IMG/VR virus record: IMGVR_UViG_3300030708_001288
Coordinates: 1-44,478 of that record
Strand: one strand, 5' to 3'
Source: a virus
Lineage: Duplodnaviria > Caudoviricetes
Length of the DNA: 44,478 nucleotides
Part shown: positions 10,240-20,281 of the stretch, in pieces
How the letters are laid out: each line of letters begins with the position of its first letter
Numbering within the stretch: the first letter of the stretch is position 1
Position numbers and translations under genes: made by a program
Notes under the pieces: generated by a model
The model's database searches: none
The model's input: only the letters and a program-made list of their open reading frames with translations
What the model was told of the DNA's origin: nothing

Positions 10240-11844
10240 ATGGCAAATCCATTTACAAAACCTAGTATAAATTTAGATACTTACGAAAGAGCTAATCCCG
10301 CAGACGAGCAATTGAACTGGGGTCAGATTGCTACGGATATCACAAAGACATTTACCGATATTGAGGATAATAGAGCTAAAAGAAAAGCTGCTATTGAAAA
10401 GTCTTATAGAGAGCAGCAAGAAAAAATAGCAGAACTTAACAATAAGTATGACACTAAAACTATACAACAGCTTGTAAATACAGGGGTGATGTCTATAGGG
10501 GAGCAGCTTGCTTCTCAATACAACTTATTAAAACGAGGTCTTGTTACAGAAGCTGATTTTTCGTTAACACAGAATAATGCTAGTGCAGGGTTTAAAAGTA
10601 TAAAGAGCTATGCCGACGCATACAATAAAAGAATGAATGAGTTTACGGAAAGACGTAAAACAAAAATGGAGAATGGAGAACCTACAAGCTCTGCAGAGGA
10701 GGCTTATGATGTGGAGACACTATTAATGTTTAATAATTTAAATAATAAAAAACTTGTATCCGATAGGATGGGTAATCTTTCTGTATTAACTTTTGATGAG
10801 AATGGAAAACCTATTGAAGGGGAATCAGCAACGGTGCAGCAGTTAGAAGGGTTGCTTTATCAAGAGACAAATAACATTGATGTTACTAAAGTTTTAGATA
10901 ACATGAAGAAACAGGTAGGAAAACTATCGTTAGATTTTGCAGGTGTTACAAAGAGTGGATATAGAGACCTAACGCAGACACAAATACTAGCCGCAGATAC
11001 AAGGTTTATACAGGTGTTAGGAAATAAAAATGCCGAGGGACATAAACAAGCTACAAAACTGTTAAATGGTTTAGTTGACCAAATGGTTTATGATAAGTTC
11101 GTTGCCGCTACCTATGCTGTAAATAATATGTCTACAGCAGAAGGTAAAGCATATACATTAGGGACACAGGCGGAGCATGATAAATTTGCTAGAGAAAATC
11201 CTGGTAAAGAAAACCCTATTATAGTTAGGGAGTATAATAAAAACTCAGGACTTGTACAGTCGTTCCCTACCGATGAGCAGGTAAATAAAGTAAAAGACTG
11301 GGCACGTGCATCTATCCTAGGTTCTTTTGATGCTAGCGTAAAAACAAAAGCAGAAAGAGTAAGTAATAGAAATTATAGTTTTACTAAAAATCTTAATCAA
11401 GATAAAGAACAAATAAACACTGCTACTACCGAAGCTTTATTAGCACATCAAAAAATATATGACAGAATAAAATTCTTAGACGAGCAAGGAGCTTCTCCTA
11501 TAGCAAAAAAAGAAAAACTCCAATTAATTAAACAGCTTGAAGAAAATATAAAAACAACAATAAGCGATAAACAAGGAGTTTATAGAGTAATAGTGAACCC
11601 TAATACTTTAGGAATAACAGTAGAAAAATTTAACGCTAGTATTAATGACTATGACCCTGCTATAGAGGGTGAGGTAACATCTGTAGATGGTAGTTTAGAT
11701 GGATTGTATTTTGATAAAAGTTTAACTAAGAAAGAAGCAGAAGACCAAAAACAAATTGAGCTTAATGCATTAATGCAAGGAGGATTTTTTAACAATCAAA
11801 GTGACCCATTAAACCTTAACCCTACAGATGAGGAAGAAGAATAA
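10240..11844 (+). CDS. Putative internal virion/ejection protein 2
   Basis: 534-aa helical-looking ORF between the pilot-like gene and the giant gene. Confidence 0.5.
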   Translation: MANPFTKPSINLDTYERANPADEQLNWGQIATDITKTFTDIEDNRAKRKAAIEKSYREQQEKIAELNNKYDTKTIQQLVNTGVMSIGEQLASQYNLLKRGLVTEADFSLTQNNASAGFKSIKSYADAYNKRMNEFTERRKTKMENGEPTSSAEEAYDVETLLMFNNLNNKKLVSDRMGNLSVLTFDENGKPIEGESATVQQLEGLLYQETNNIDVTKVLDNMKKQVGKLSLDFAGVTKSGYRDLTQTQILAADTRFIQVLGNKNAEGHKQATKLLNGLVDQMVYDKFVAATYAVNNMSTAEGKAYTLGTQAEHDKFARENPGKENPIIVREYNKNSGLVQSFPTDEQVNKVKDWARASILGSFDASVKTKAERVSNRNYSFTKNLNQDKEQINTATTEALLAHQKIYDRIKFLDEQGASPIAKKEKLQLIKQLEENIKTTISDKQGVYRVIVNPNTLGITVEKFNASINDYDPAIEGEVTSVDGSLDGLYFDKSLTKKEAEDQKQIELNALMQGGFFNNQSDPLNLNPTDEEEE

Positions 11845-11874
11845 GAAGATATAATACAAGATAGACCATAAGAT

Positions 11875-14800
11875 ATGCCAATAGATTATAAAGAATTTTC
11901 AGCAAAAATTAAAAAAAAATATCCTGCTTATGTAGGTGAGGATGATTATGAGTTAGCACAAAAAATAATCAAAAAATATCCTGTATATGAAAATCAAGTA
12001 AACTTTGATTTAAAAAAAAAAGACGAATCTCAACCTACTTCTCAAACGGAAACTACGGAATCCGTTACCGAAGAAGAGACGGAACCTACTGGCTCATCGG
12101 ATGCTTCTGCTCAAGAAGATAAAAAACCTAAAACATCTGCTGCAGATTTTGTAACACCAGAACCTACCTTTGAATTTCAATCTGAACCTAAAAAGGAAAA
12201 GGATTTTTTTATGGGTGTAAAAACTGATAGAGAAGTAAAACCTATATTTTCTGAAGATTTTGGTGTGTATGAAAAAGATAGTGAAAAAGGTAAAGCTATA
12301 ATAAAAAAAAGAAAAGAGGAAGCGGCTAAAAAAACTCAAGAAACTCAAGAATATCTTTCTCCTTTACAGTCTGTAATAACTCAAGATGAATATATAGGAA
12401 CAAATCAAGAGATAGTTGACAACTTAAAAGAAATATATGGAAAGCATGGGTTTAAATTTGATTTAGATGAACTTTCAGGTACCGTTAAAGTAGTGTCAGG
12501 TTTTGATGATGATGGTTTAATCATAGATTTAAATGCTGGTAAAACCATGGATAACTTTAAGTCAGGAATAGATTATCTTACTGGGGAAGGGAAAGAACAA
12601 CAAAAAGAACAATTTAAACAGCTTCAAAAATATCTTGTTGATAAAAGAAAAATTAAGGATAAAGATTATAACATAAGAGAAATGGTTTATGATAATCCTA
12701 CTTTAGTTTCTCCTAAAGATTATCAAAAACTTTCTAAAGAAATAGATATAGAATTAAAAGATATATTAAATCAAAGAAATGATTTAGTAAATCAACTTAA
12801 TTTACTAAATAAAATAGCTCAAGAAAAAGGTGGGTTTAGTTCTGAAGAATTAAATCAACTAACCCAACTTGAGTTAGATTTAAAAGACGTTACTAAAAAA
12901 TTAAAAACTGGATATAATCTACAAGAGCAAATAAATGTAGCATCTGGATTAAGTATAGAAGACGAAATAAAAAGAAAAGAAAAGTTAGGTACCACTATGG
13001 GGTATATATCAAATACTTTTTATGAGGGTGTAGAGAATGTAAGAAAAGGTGTAGTGGCATCAGCTATCTCGGCTTACGACTCATTAATGTTGGGGTGGAA
13101 AGATTTACAAGGTCAAATGGGACTAACTACACCTGAAGATTTTATAAATGAATTAGGTAAATCAGAGGATAGAAAAAAAACAATGAAAGAAATCATTGAG
13201 AATATAAATAATTCTGGTTTAACTAGCACAAGTACTACTACTCCTCAATATATGGAATCTGAAGAAAGAGGAGTTCCTTTAAAAGCTGTAGGTTTTACCG
13301 TAGGTAGTGTACCAGGTATGGCTGCAATAATGGTTAATCCTTATTTAGGTTTTGGTGTAATATCTGAACAAGTGTTTGGGGGAATTGCTGAGGAGTGGGT
13401 GAATAATCCTGACTATGAAAAAATGCCTTTAAGTGATTTATTAATAGTAGGTGGTGCATCATCTGTTATTCAAGCTAGTTTAGAAAAATTAGGTTTAGAT
13501 GTTTTATTAAGTAAGACTCCTTTTGGTAAAGTAATTACCGATAAAATACTACAAGGAGTTATGAAAAAAGTAACTAAAGGAACTACTCGTGACCAGTTCT
13601 ATCGATTAATAGCAGCAGAAACTAATAGTTTAGTAAAGAATGGTAGTATTAAAATACTAGGAAACAGTATAAGTGAATCCTTTACAGAGGGTGGACAACA
13701 AATTGTAGATACAGGTATTAAAGCTTTGTATAATAAAACTCAAGGAAAACCTTTTTTTCAAGTAGCTAAAACAGGAGAAGAAGCTATAGAACAAATAGGT
13801 GAAAGTATGTTCTATGGTTTGTTAGGAGGGAACATGATGTCTACTTTAATGACTGCACCACAAATATTAAATCAAGGTATACAGGCTAAAGGTGTGAATA
13901 AAGAAATGACAGAAATTTTACATTTCATGTCCGATAGTCCTGAGCTTCGTAACAATATGGTAAAGTCATTAAAGATGGAAATATTACAAGGACGAATGAC
14001 TAAGTCTCAAGCTCAAGAAACTATGCAAAGTTTTGAAGAGATGGTTGGTATAATGAATGAAATACCAAGTAATATAAATAAAAAAGGTGAAGCGTTTGAT
14101 TTAATACTAGAAAAAAATAGAATAGAAAATAGTATCAAAGGTAAATCTGAAGAGCTTACTAAACCACAACGAGAAAGGATAACACAAATAAATAAGGAAT
14201 TAGAAACATTAACTACCCAACCCGTAGAAGAAGAGGTTACAGAGGAAGTAGTAGAGGAAACTCCAGCAGAAGAAAAAGTAATAACTAGGGAGGATATTGA
14301 GAAAATCAAAGCTGAACAAGAAGCTAATCAAGTAGTTTACAATATGAATAAGACCGATAAAAAGATTTGGTCTAAAGATTTTGAAATACTAGATAACCGT
14401 AAAGGACAAGAAGAGTCTTCAATAGATGAAGAAGGAGATAAGATTGACAACAAATGGTTAGTGGTTAATAAAGTTACAGGAGAAATTTTGTATGCGACTT
14501 CTAAAAAAGACGCACAAAATATAGTTGACACTGCTCCTGCTTATGCAGAACTTTTTGGAGATGGAACAAAGGTAGAGTCTAAAAACATTATTACTCCAAC
14601 TGAAGTAAGCGAGGAAGTAGTAGAGGAAACTCCAGTAGCAGAAACAACTCCTCCAACACAAACTACAACTCCTACTAAAAAGAAAAATATATATTTTAGA
14701 TATAACTTAATAGATGCATTTGAACAAAAAACTGAATCAAATAGTGGAGACAATGCAACAAATTTTAGAATAGAGGTAGATGAAAATAATCCTAATCAAG

Positions 14801-17800
14801 GAAAACTCTTTCTTGAACCTGCTAATGCAAAAGAACATGGGCAGCTTAAAAATAATTTTGAAGGCTTAAAGAAAGACGTAGCATCATTTGAAAACGAAGA
14901 AATTTTTGGTAGAGAACCAGTAAAAGGAATGATAACGACAGAACCTGGTATAGTACGTAAAGAAGGAAAAAAGTGGATTGTTACTAAAAAAATAAAAACA
15001 AGATTGGTTTTGGATATACCAACACAAGGAAGAACTAGATATAAAGAACCGACAACTGAAACAACACAACCAACTGCTGAAGCTCCGACTCCTACTAAAA
15101 AGAAAAATCTTTATTATAAAGTTGATAATTTTATAGATAAAGAGCCGTATATGTCTAAAACTGAAACAAAAGACACAAATTTTAGAATAGAAATAGACAA
15201 AAATAATTCTAATAAAGGAAAACTTTTTCTTGAAATTGCTGATGCAAAAACACAAAAAGAATTTGCTTCTACAATGGTTAACGTACTACAGGAAAAAGCA
15301 ATAGAATATACAAACATAGAAGTTTGGGAACAAAATAAAGATAATGTAAAAGGACTAATAACAGTAGAACCTGGTGTAGTAACTAAACAAGGAGATAGAT
15401 GGACTGTCACTAAAAAAGCAAAAGCAGAATGGGTTTTAGATTTACCAACACAAGGAAGAACTAGATATAAAGAACCGACAACTGAAACAACACAACCAAC
15501 TGCTGAGGTTACAGAAGAAAATATAATAAGTAAAACTAAAGAAGATGCCATTTCAGAGCCAAGCACAGAGAGCGTGGATGTACAAGAATCTACCAGAGAT
15601 AGCGAAACAGTGGGAGAAGGAGACGTTCGGACCGTTACCGAAACGCAAGAAGAAGAAACGAAAATCAAAACTAAAGCAGAGGAGACAAAACAAAAGAAAA
15701 TAGATGAGGGTGTAGATATCTTAGCAAATATATTTGGAACTAAACCTACACCAAGGAAACAAGTAGATGAAAGAAAAAAAGATATAGACAACGCAAGAAA
15801 ATCTTTATCTAAGGTAGCTCCTGAAGTAGAGATAGTGGTGCATGAAACTGATGCGGAGTACAGAAAAGCTACAGGTGAAGAAAATAGAAGTCAGTCTACT
15901 AGAGGTTCTTATAATCCTACTACTAAAACTATTGATATAAATTTATCTAAAGCTGCAGATACTACTGTAGCTCATGAAACATTTCATGCTTTATTATTAA
16001 AGAGTGGGATTAATAATAAACAAGCGGAAGCTATCACCTCAAAGATGCTTGCGGCTGTAAAGAAGGTAGCATCTCCAGAGTTACTAAAAAGAATAGAAGA
16101 GTTTTCTAATAAGTATGACACTCCTTTACAGAGTGAGGAAAGTATAGCTGAGTTGTTTGGTATACTAGCCTCAGAATATAATAACCTACCTAAGCCTACA
16201 CAAAATATTATTACACGATGGTTAAATAGATTAGCTAAGTTACTTAGATTAAAATCATTTACAGATGTTGAGGTAATAGACCTACTTAACACAGTGTCTG
16301 GTAAGGTAAGGAGAGGTGAGGTAATCACAGAGGAAGACATTACAATACTACAAGATACTAAAGGAAAGACTACTCCACAGACACGTAAGCAAATGGATTC
16401 ACCTATGAGTATGGAGCAAAGGGTGGAGCAGATTGCGTTGAGGTATTACCCTGAGAATGGTAAGTTCTTTAGTAATCAAATTAATCACCTTGAGTTGATG
16501 GCGAAGTTAAAACCTACAGGGTTTAGGTTGGTGCAAAATAAAACTAAGAACGGGTGGACCATTCGTTATCCTAACAGTGGTAGGATTTTTGAAATACGTA
16601 AAGGTTATCAGGGTGGTGCTAAAGTTCCAGGTGTACGTTATCAAGAGGGTAGACCAACCATTGACTCAGTTAAGAAGGGGGCAGAAGAGGCAGGAGTAGG
16701 AAAGGAATCTGTAGTTAAATATTTACAAACCCTAGGATATACTCAACAAGAAATAGATAAGTCTTACGAAGTTAAAAAAGTAACCCCTAAGAAAGTAGAG
16801 GGTGTACAAAAAAGAAAACGAAAGGCAGGACAAAGATTAATGTCAGCGGGTAAATTAAACCCACGTTTTAAAGAAATGCTTGAGGGTAATGAGGATTTAA
16901 ATTATACGGTAGAGAATCAAAATAAAGCTATAAAGGTAGCTGAAGAATTAATAAAAGATGTTGGAATAGACCAGGCATATGAAGCAGTTAAAAAAGGAAA
17001 CATCAGAGGTGGTGTAGCTACAGCGATTGAAGCGGAGATGTTAGTACGTCTTAATGAAAACCTTCAGAAGGCTGAAGAATCTGGTAATGAAAACGATATA
17101 GTTAAAGCTATAGAAGCGTTTAACGAAATGACTACAATGATGATGAAAGACCAAACAGAAATGGGTCAACGATTATCTATGTGGAATAAAATATTTAAAA
17201 CTTCTATTCTTGAATATAACCTTGACTTTGTTAAGAAGAAGTATGAGAAGGAGTATGGTACACCATTACCTCCTAGTACTGCTGGTAAACTACAAGCGAA
17301 GGCAGAACAAATTAAAAAGCAAAATAAGAAAGTAGAAAAACTAGAAAAAGAAAAAGGTACAGCTCAGGAAAACCAAGACATATCTAATATTGAGAATAAA
17401 GCAAAAAGAGAAACAGCTAAGGATTTTAAAAGTGTAGCTAAAGGAGCTTTTAGTGATTTCTTTTCTACTAAACCCACCAAGACTAGAAAGCAAGTAGATA
17501 ATGATGGTGTAGCTATTATTATTTCTGTAGGGGAGGATATAATAAAACAATATAAAGATAAAGGTGTAGTTAAAGAAGCTGAATTAAAGAAGCTTATAGC
17601 TAAAGGAGTAAAAGATATTAAAGCTCAGTTAAAAGAGAAAGGAATAAAACTCACAGTTAAATCTTCAGAGCTTAGTAAAAAATTTAATGAAGTTGTTAGA
17701 CAGCAAGTTAAAAAAATAAAAGTATCAAAGACTCAAGATATTGAGCAAGGTCGTATAAAGATTCCTAAACAATTGTTATATGATTTGGTTTTGGGAGGGG

Positions 17801-20022
17801 TTAAAGATATTAATACTTTAACCAATAAAGTATATGAGGTAATTGAAAAAGATTATACTGACCTTACTCTACGTGAAGTTAGAGATGCTATCACAGGTTA
17901 TGGTAAGGAGATTAGTGAAACTAAGGATGAAATAAAAGAAAAAATAGCTTCACTAAAAATGGATGGTAGACAGTTATCTAAGCTTGAAGATTTGGATAAA
18001 GGTAAACGTCCTAGAATTTTAAGAAGACGTAGAGAATATACGCAAGAGCAAAGAAAAAGAATCAGAGAAATCAGACAGAGACTCAAGGCTCTACCTCTTG
18101 AAGAGACAGCAGACCTAGAAAAATTTTATAAGTCTGCATTAGAGTCTTATAAAACTAGATTATCTAATAGATTAGCTGACCTTAAAAAAGCTATAGAAGA
18201 AAACAAAGCTATTCCTAAAAAAGAATCTAAACTTAAATTAGATAAGGAGGCTAAACAATTAAAAGAACAAGTCAAAGAAGTACAAAAAGAATATGATGCA
18301 ATATTCAAGGATACTAAAAAGTCTAAGCAGAGAACTATAGACCAAATAGTAGACCAAAAAAATAGAAGGTTAGCCGACTTACGTCAAGGATTAGCATATC
18401 TACAAGAGAAAGGAAAGGAGAGGGAGGTTAAAAAAACTAAGAAGATTACATCTCCAGAGATTGAAAACTTAAACAAACAAATTAAAGAAGTACAGGAAGA
18501 ATACCAAGCTCTTGTAGAGGCTCAAGGAATTGCAGAAGCAAAACAAATAGAGAACGCTAAGAAATATATTCAATCTCAAATTAAAGAGTATCAAGAAAGA
18601 ATAAAAAATAAAGATTTTTCTACAACAAAAAAACGTGTGCTACCTAAGACTACAAAAGAATTAAGTAGAGAAAGAATTAAATTAAAAAAATTAAAGAATG
18701 AATTTGCAGATGAGGTAGAAAGAGCAGAGAAAAAACAACAAAAGTTATTAGGCAAAACTGGTTCTTTTATTTATGAAACTGTAAACCTAGGGAAAGGTTT
18801 ATTAGCTTCAATAGATTTTTCTGCAGCGGGAAGACAAGGAATATTCTTAGGCTCTTCAAATCCTAAGGAATATGCTAGGGCATTTAAAGAGATGCATAAA
18901 GCAGTATCGGAAGAGAAGTATAATGAATTTATGGATAGGTTAGAGCAGTCCGAATACTATCCTTTAATGCTAGACATGGGTCTATCTATTACCGACACCA
19001 GTGGAAAGGTTAATACATCCGAGGAAAGGTTCCTAGGTAATTGGTTAAAATCTCGTGTAGAAATTAAAGGAAAAAATGTAAATGTATTAGAGATGGGATT
19101 AAAAGCTTCGGAGAGAGCTTACTCTACTTTCTTAAATAGTTTACGCTCTGAGGTGGCAATTAAAGGTATTAAAATGTTAGAGGCTCGTGGAATGACTTTT
19201 GAAAGTAATCCGGAACAGTATAAAGCCTTAGCTAAATTTATAAATAATGCTACGGGTAGAGGTCAACTTACCTCTAGTGAAGGTGTTAATAAATTACTTA
19301 ATACTATTTTCTTTTCTCCTAGAATGCTAGTAGGTAATGCGATGATATACGGGCAAATGATAGACCCAAGGACTCCAGGGTTTGTTAGAAAGCAAGCCGC
19401 TAAAACTTTACTTACATATGTAGGGTATCAACTACTTATGAAAGTTTTATTAGGTATAGCTATGAGAGCATTAATAGGGGCCTTCGGTGATGACGATGAT
19501 TGGGATGATGTAGAGTTGTTTAATTGGAATATATTAGATACAGACTTTAATAAGATATTATGGGGAGATACACGTTACGACACCTCAGCAGGACAAGGTA
19601 TCATGATGAGAACGGTAGCTAGATTAATTATGGGAATGGATGCCGAAGGAGAAGAAGATAGAGGTACTACATTTTTAAGATTCTTACGAAATAAAATGGC
19701 ACCAGGCCCAGGACTTTTACTTAGTGTTATCAACCAAAAAAATCCTGCTAATCCATTTGAAGATATAGAAGATGCTACAGCATACGACTATATAAAATCT
19801 TTAGCAATACCTCTTACCATATCAGGATTTATAGAGGATGTTAATACTATAAGTGGAAACAAAAAAGAATTAAGTGCTTCAAAAACTTTATTTAATTTTA
19901 TACTTAATACTTATGGTGTAAACTCTATGACTTATCAAAGAAAGAAAAAAGGTAAGTCTAGAAAAAAAGAAGGTAGAGGGGATAGAAGAGAAGATAAAAG
20001 AAGAGATACGAGAGGTAGATAA
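11875..20022 (+). CDS. Giant internal virion/ejection polyvalent protein with zincin-like HExxH motif
   Basis: 2715 aa; hydrophobic Gly-rich segments, acidic linkers, duplicated ~140-aa domain, RGSY..HETFH..EESIAE (HETFH at 15973-15987), long Lys/Glu coiled coils, basic C-terminal tail. Confidence 0.65.
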   Translation: MPIDYKEFSAKIKKKYPAYVGEDDYELAQKIIKKYPVYENQVNFDLKKKDESQPTSQTETTESVTEEETEPTGSSDASAQEDKKPKTSAADFVTPEPTFEFQSEPKKEKDFFMGVKTDREVKPIFSEDFGVYEKDSEKGKAIIKKRKEEAAKKTQETQEYLSPLQSVITQDEYIGTNQEIVDNLKEIYGKHGFKFDLDELSGTVKVVSGFDDDGLIIDLNAGKTMDNFKSGIDYLTGEGKEQQKEQFKQLQKYLVDKRKIKDKDYNIREMVYDNPTLVSPKDYQKLSKEIDIELKDILNQRNDLVNQLNLLNKIAQEKGGFSSEELNQLTQLELDLKDVTKKLKTGYNLQEQINVASGLSIEDEIKRKEKLGTTMGYISNTFYEGVENVRKGVVASAISAYDSLMLGWKDLQGQMGLTTPEDFINELGKSEDRKKTMKEIIENINNSGLTSTSTTTPQYMESEERGVPLKAVGFTVGSVPGMAAIMVNPYLGFGVISEQVFGGIAEEWVNNPDYEKMPLSDLLIVGGASSVIQASLEKLGLDVLLSKTPFGKVITDKILQGVMKKVTKGTTRDQFYRLIAAETNSLVKNGSIKILGNSISESFTEGGQQIVDTGIKALYNKTQGKPFFQVAKTGEEAIEQIGESMFYGLLGGNMMSTLMTAPQILNQGIQAKGVNKEMTEILHFMSDSPELRNNMVKSLKMEILQGRMTKSQAQETMQSFEEMVGIMNEIPSNINKKGEAFDLILEKNRIENSIKGKSEELTKPQRERITQINKELETLTTQPVEEEVTEEVVEETPAEEKVITREDIEKIKAEQEANQVVYNMNKTDKKIWSKDFEILDNRKGQEESSIDEEGDKIDNKWLVVNKVTGEILYATSKKDAQNIVDTAPAYAELFGDGTKVESKNIITPTEVSEEVVEETPVAETTPPTQTTTPTKKKNIYFRYNLIDAFEQKTESNSGDNATNFRIEVDENNPNQGKLFLEPANAKEHGQLKNNFEGLKKDVASFENEEIFGREPVKGMITTEPGIVRKEGKKWIVTKKIKTRLVLDIPTQGRTRYKEPTTETTQPTAEAPTPTKKKNLYYKVDNFIDKEPYMSKTETKDTNFRIEIDKNNSNKGKLFLEIADAKTQKEFASTMVNVLQEKAIEYTNIEVWEQNKDNVKGLITVEPGVVTKQGDRWTVTKKAKAEWVLDLPTQGRTRYKEPTTETTQPTAEVTEENIISKTKEDAISEPSTESVDVQESTRDSETVGEGDVRTVTETQEEETKIKTKAEETKQKKIDEGVDILANIFGTKPTPRKQVDERKKDIDNARKSLSKVAPEVEIVVHETDAEYRKATGEENRSQSTRGSYNPTTKTIDINLSKAADTTVAHETFHALLLKSGINNKQAEAITSKMLAAVKKVASPELLKRIEEFSNKYDTPLQSEESIAELFGILASEYNNLPKPTQNIITRWLNRLAKLLRLKSFTDVEVIDLLNTVSGKVRRGEVITEEDITILQDTKGKTTPQTRKQMDSPMSMEQRVEQIALRYYPENGKFFSNQINHLELMAKLKPTGFRLVQNKTKNGWTIRYPNSGRIFEIRKGYQGGAKVPGVRYQEGRPTIDSVKKGAEEAGVGKESVVKYLQTLGYTQQEIDKSYEVKKVTPKKVEGVQKRKRKAGQRLMSAGKLNPRFKEMLEGNEDLNYTVENQNKAIKVAEELIKDVGIDQAYEAVKKGNIRGGVATAIEAEMLVRLNENLQKAEESGNENDIVKAIEAFNEMTTMMMKDQTEMGQRLSMWNKIFKTSILEYNLDFVKKKYEKEYGTPLPPSTAGKLQAKAEQIKKQNKKVEKLEKEKGTAQENQDISNIENKAKRETAKDFKSVAKGAFSDFFSTKPTKTRKQVDNDGVAIIISVGEDIIKQYKDKGVVKEAELKKLIAKGVKDIKAQLKEKGIKLTVKSSELSKKFNEVVRQQVKKIKVSKTQDIEQGRIKIPKQLLYDLVLGGVKDINTLTNKVYEVIEKDYTDLTLREVRDAITGYGKEISETKDEIKEKIASLKMDGRQLSKLEDLDKGKRPRILRRRREYTQEQRKRIREIRQRLKALPLEETADLEKFYKSALESYKTRLSNRLADLKKAIEENKAIPKKESKLKLDKEAKQLKEQVKEVQKEYDAIFKDTKKSKQRTIDQIVDQKNRRLADLRQGLAYLQEKGKEREVKKTKKITSPEIENLNKQIKEVQEEYQALVEAQGIAEAKQIENAKKYIQSQIKEYQERIKNKDFSTTKKRVLPKTTKELSRERIKLKKLKNEFADEVERAEKKQQKLLGKTGSFIYETVNLGKGLLASIDFSAAGRQGIFLGSSNPKEYARAFKEMHKAVSEEKYNEFMDRLEQSEYYPLMLDMGLSITDTSGKVNTSEERFLGNWLKSRVEIKGKNVNVLEMGLKASERAYSTFLNSLRSEVAIKGIKMLEARGMTFESNPEQYKALAKFINNATGRGQLTSSEGVNKLLNTIFFSPRMLVGNAMIYGQMIDPRTPGFVRKQAAKTLLTYVGYQLLMKVLLGIAMRALIGAFGDDDDWDDVELFNWNILDTDFNKILWGDTRYDTSAGQGIMMRTVARLIMGMDAEGEEDRGTTFLRFLRNKMAPGPGLLLSVINQKNPANPFEDIEDATAYDYIKSLAIPLTISGFIEDVNTISGNKKELSASKTLFNFILNTYGVNSMTYQRKKKGKSRKKEGRGDRREDKRRDTRGR
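15017..15506 (+). repeat. Perfect 64-bp direct repeat (15017-15080 and 15443-15506) ending two diverged domain copies
   Basis: TACCAACACAAGGAAGAACTAGA...CAACTGCTGA is identical in both copies; offset 426 nt (142 codons). Confidence 0.95.
15545..15703 (+). CDS. Nested 52-aa basic protein in the +1 frame of the giant gene (MPFQSQAQRAWMY...)
   Basis: Hand translation MPFQSQAQRAWMYKNLPEIAKQWEKETFGPLPKRKKKKRKSKLKQRRQNKRK*; A-rich upstream context; resembles small MPFKS.xQR phage proteins. Confidence 0.65.
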   Translation: MPFQSQAQRAWMYKNLPEIAKQWEKETFGPLPKRKKKKRKSKLKQRRQNKRK

Positions 20023-20026
20023 AATC

Positions 20027-20281
20027 TTATTCCTCTATCATACGTATAAACAAGGGAGTCTTTTCTCCTACGTATGCACCTACGGTATTATAATAAAAAT
20101 AATCTAAGGCTTCTTCATCTGTCATGCCTTCATCTTCCATAAGCACCTGTATACATTTATCAACATCGTATACTGCTACAGGGTTCATGCCTTCGCTTAT
20201 ACCTATCAAGGCACTATCAAATCCATCGGCTACCAGGCACTCGTTTTCTACTAGCTCTTCCATTAACATTTCTTTATCCAT
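20027..20281 (-). CDS. Conserved acidic phage hypothetical protein
   Basis: ADGFD.ALIG...AVYD..KCI...EEA.DYF.YN..GAYVG..TP.F pattern familiar from marine phages. Confidence 0.7.
   Translation of the reverse strand: MDKEMLMEELVENECLVADGFDSALIGISEGMNPVAVYDVDKCIQVLMEDEGMTDEEALDYFYYNTVGAYVGEKTPLFIRMIEE

Noticed and set aside
1247-18086. Many minus-strand ORFs opposite the structural genes, and plus-strand ORFs opposite replication/early genes
   Set aside because: Shadow frames of real genes, rich in F/S/L/I, with no motifs or start context.
11875-20022. Giant protein as a crAss-type virion RNA polymerase
   Set aside because: I found no DxDxD (DFDID-like) catalytic motif, and early genes have host-type promoters.
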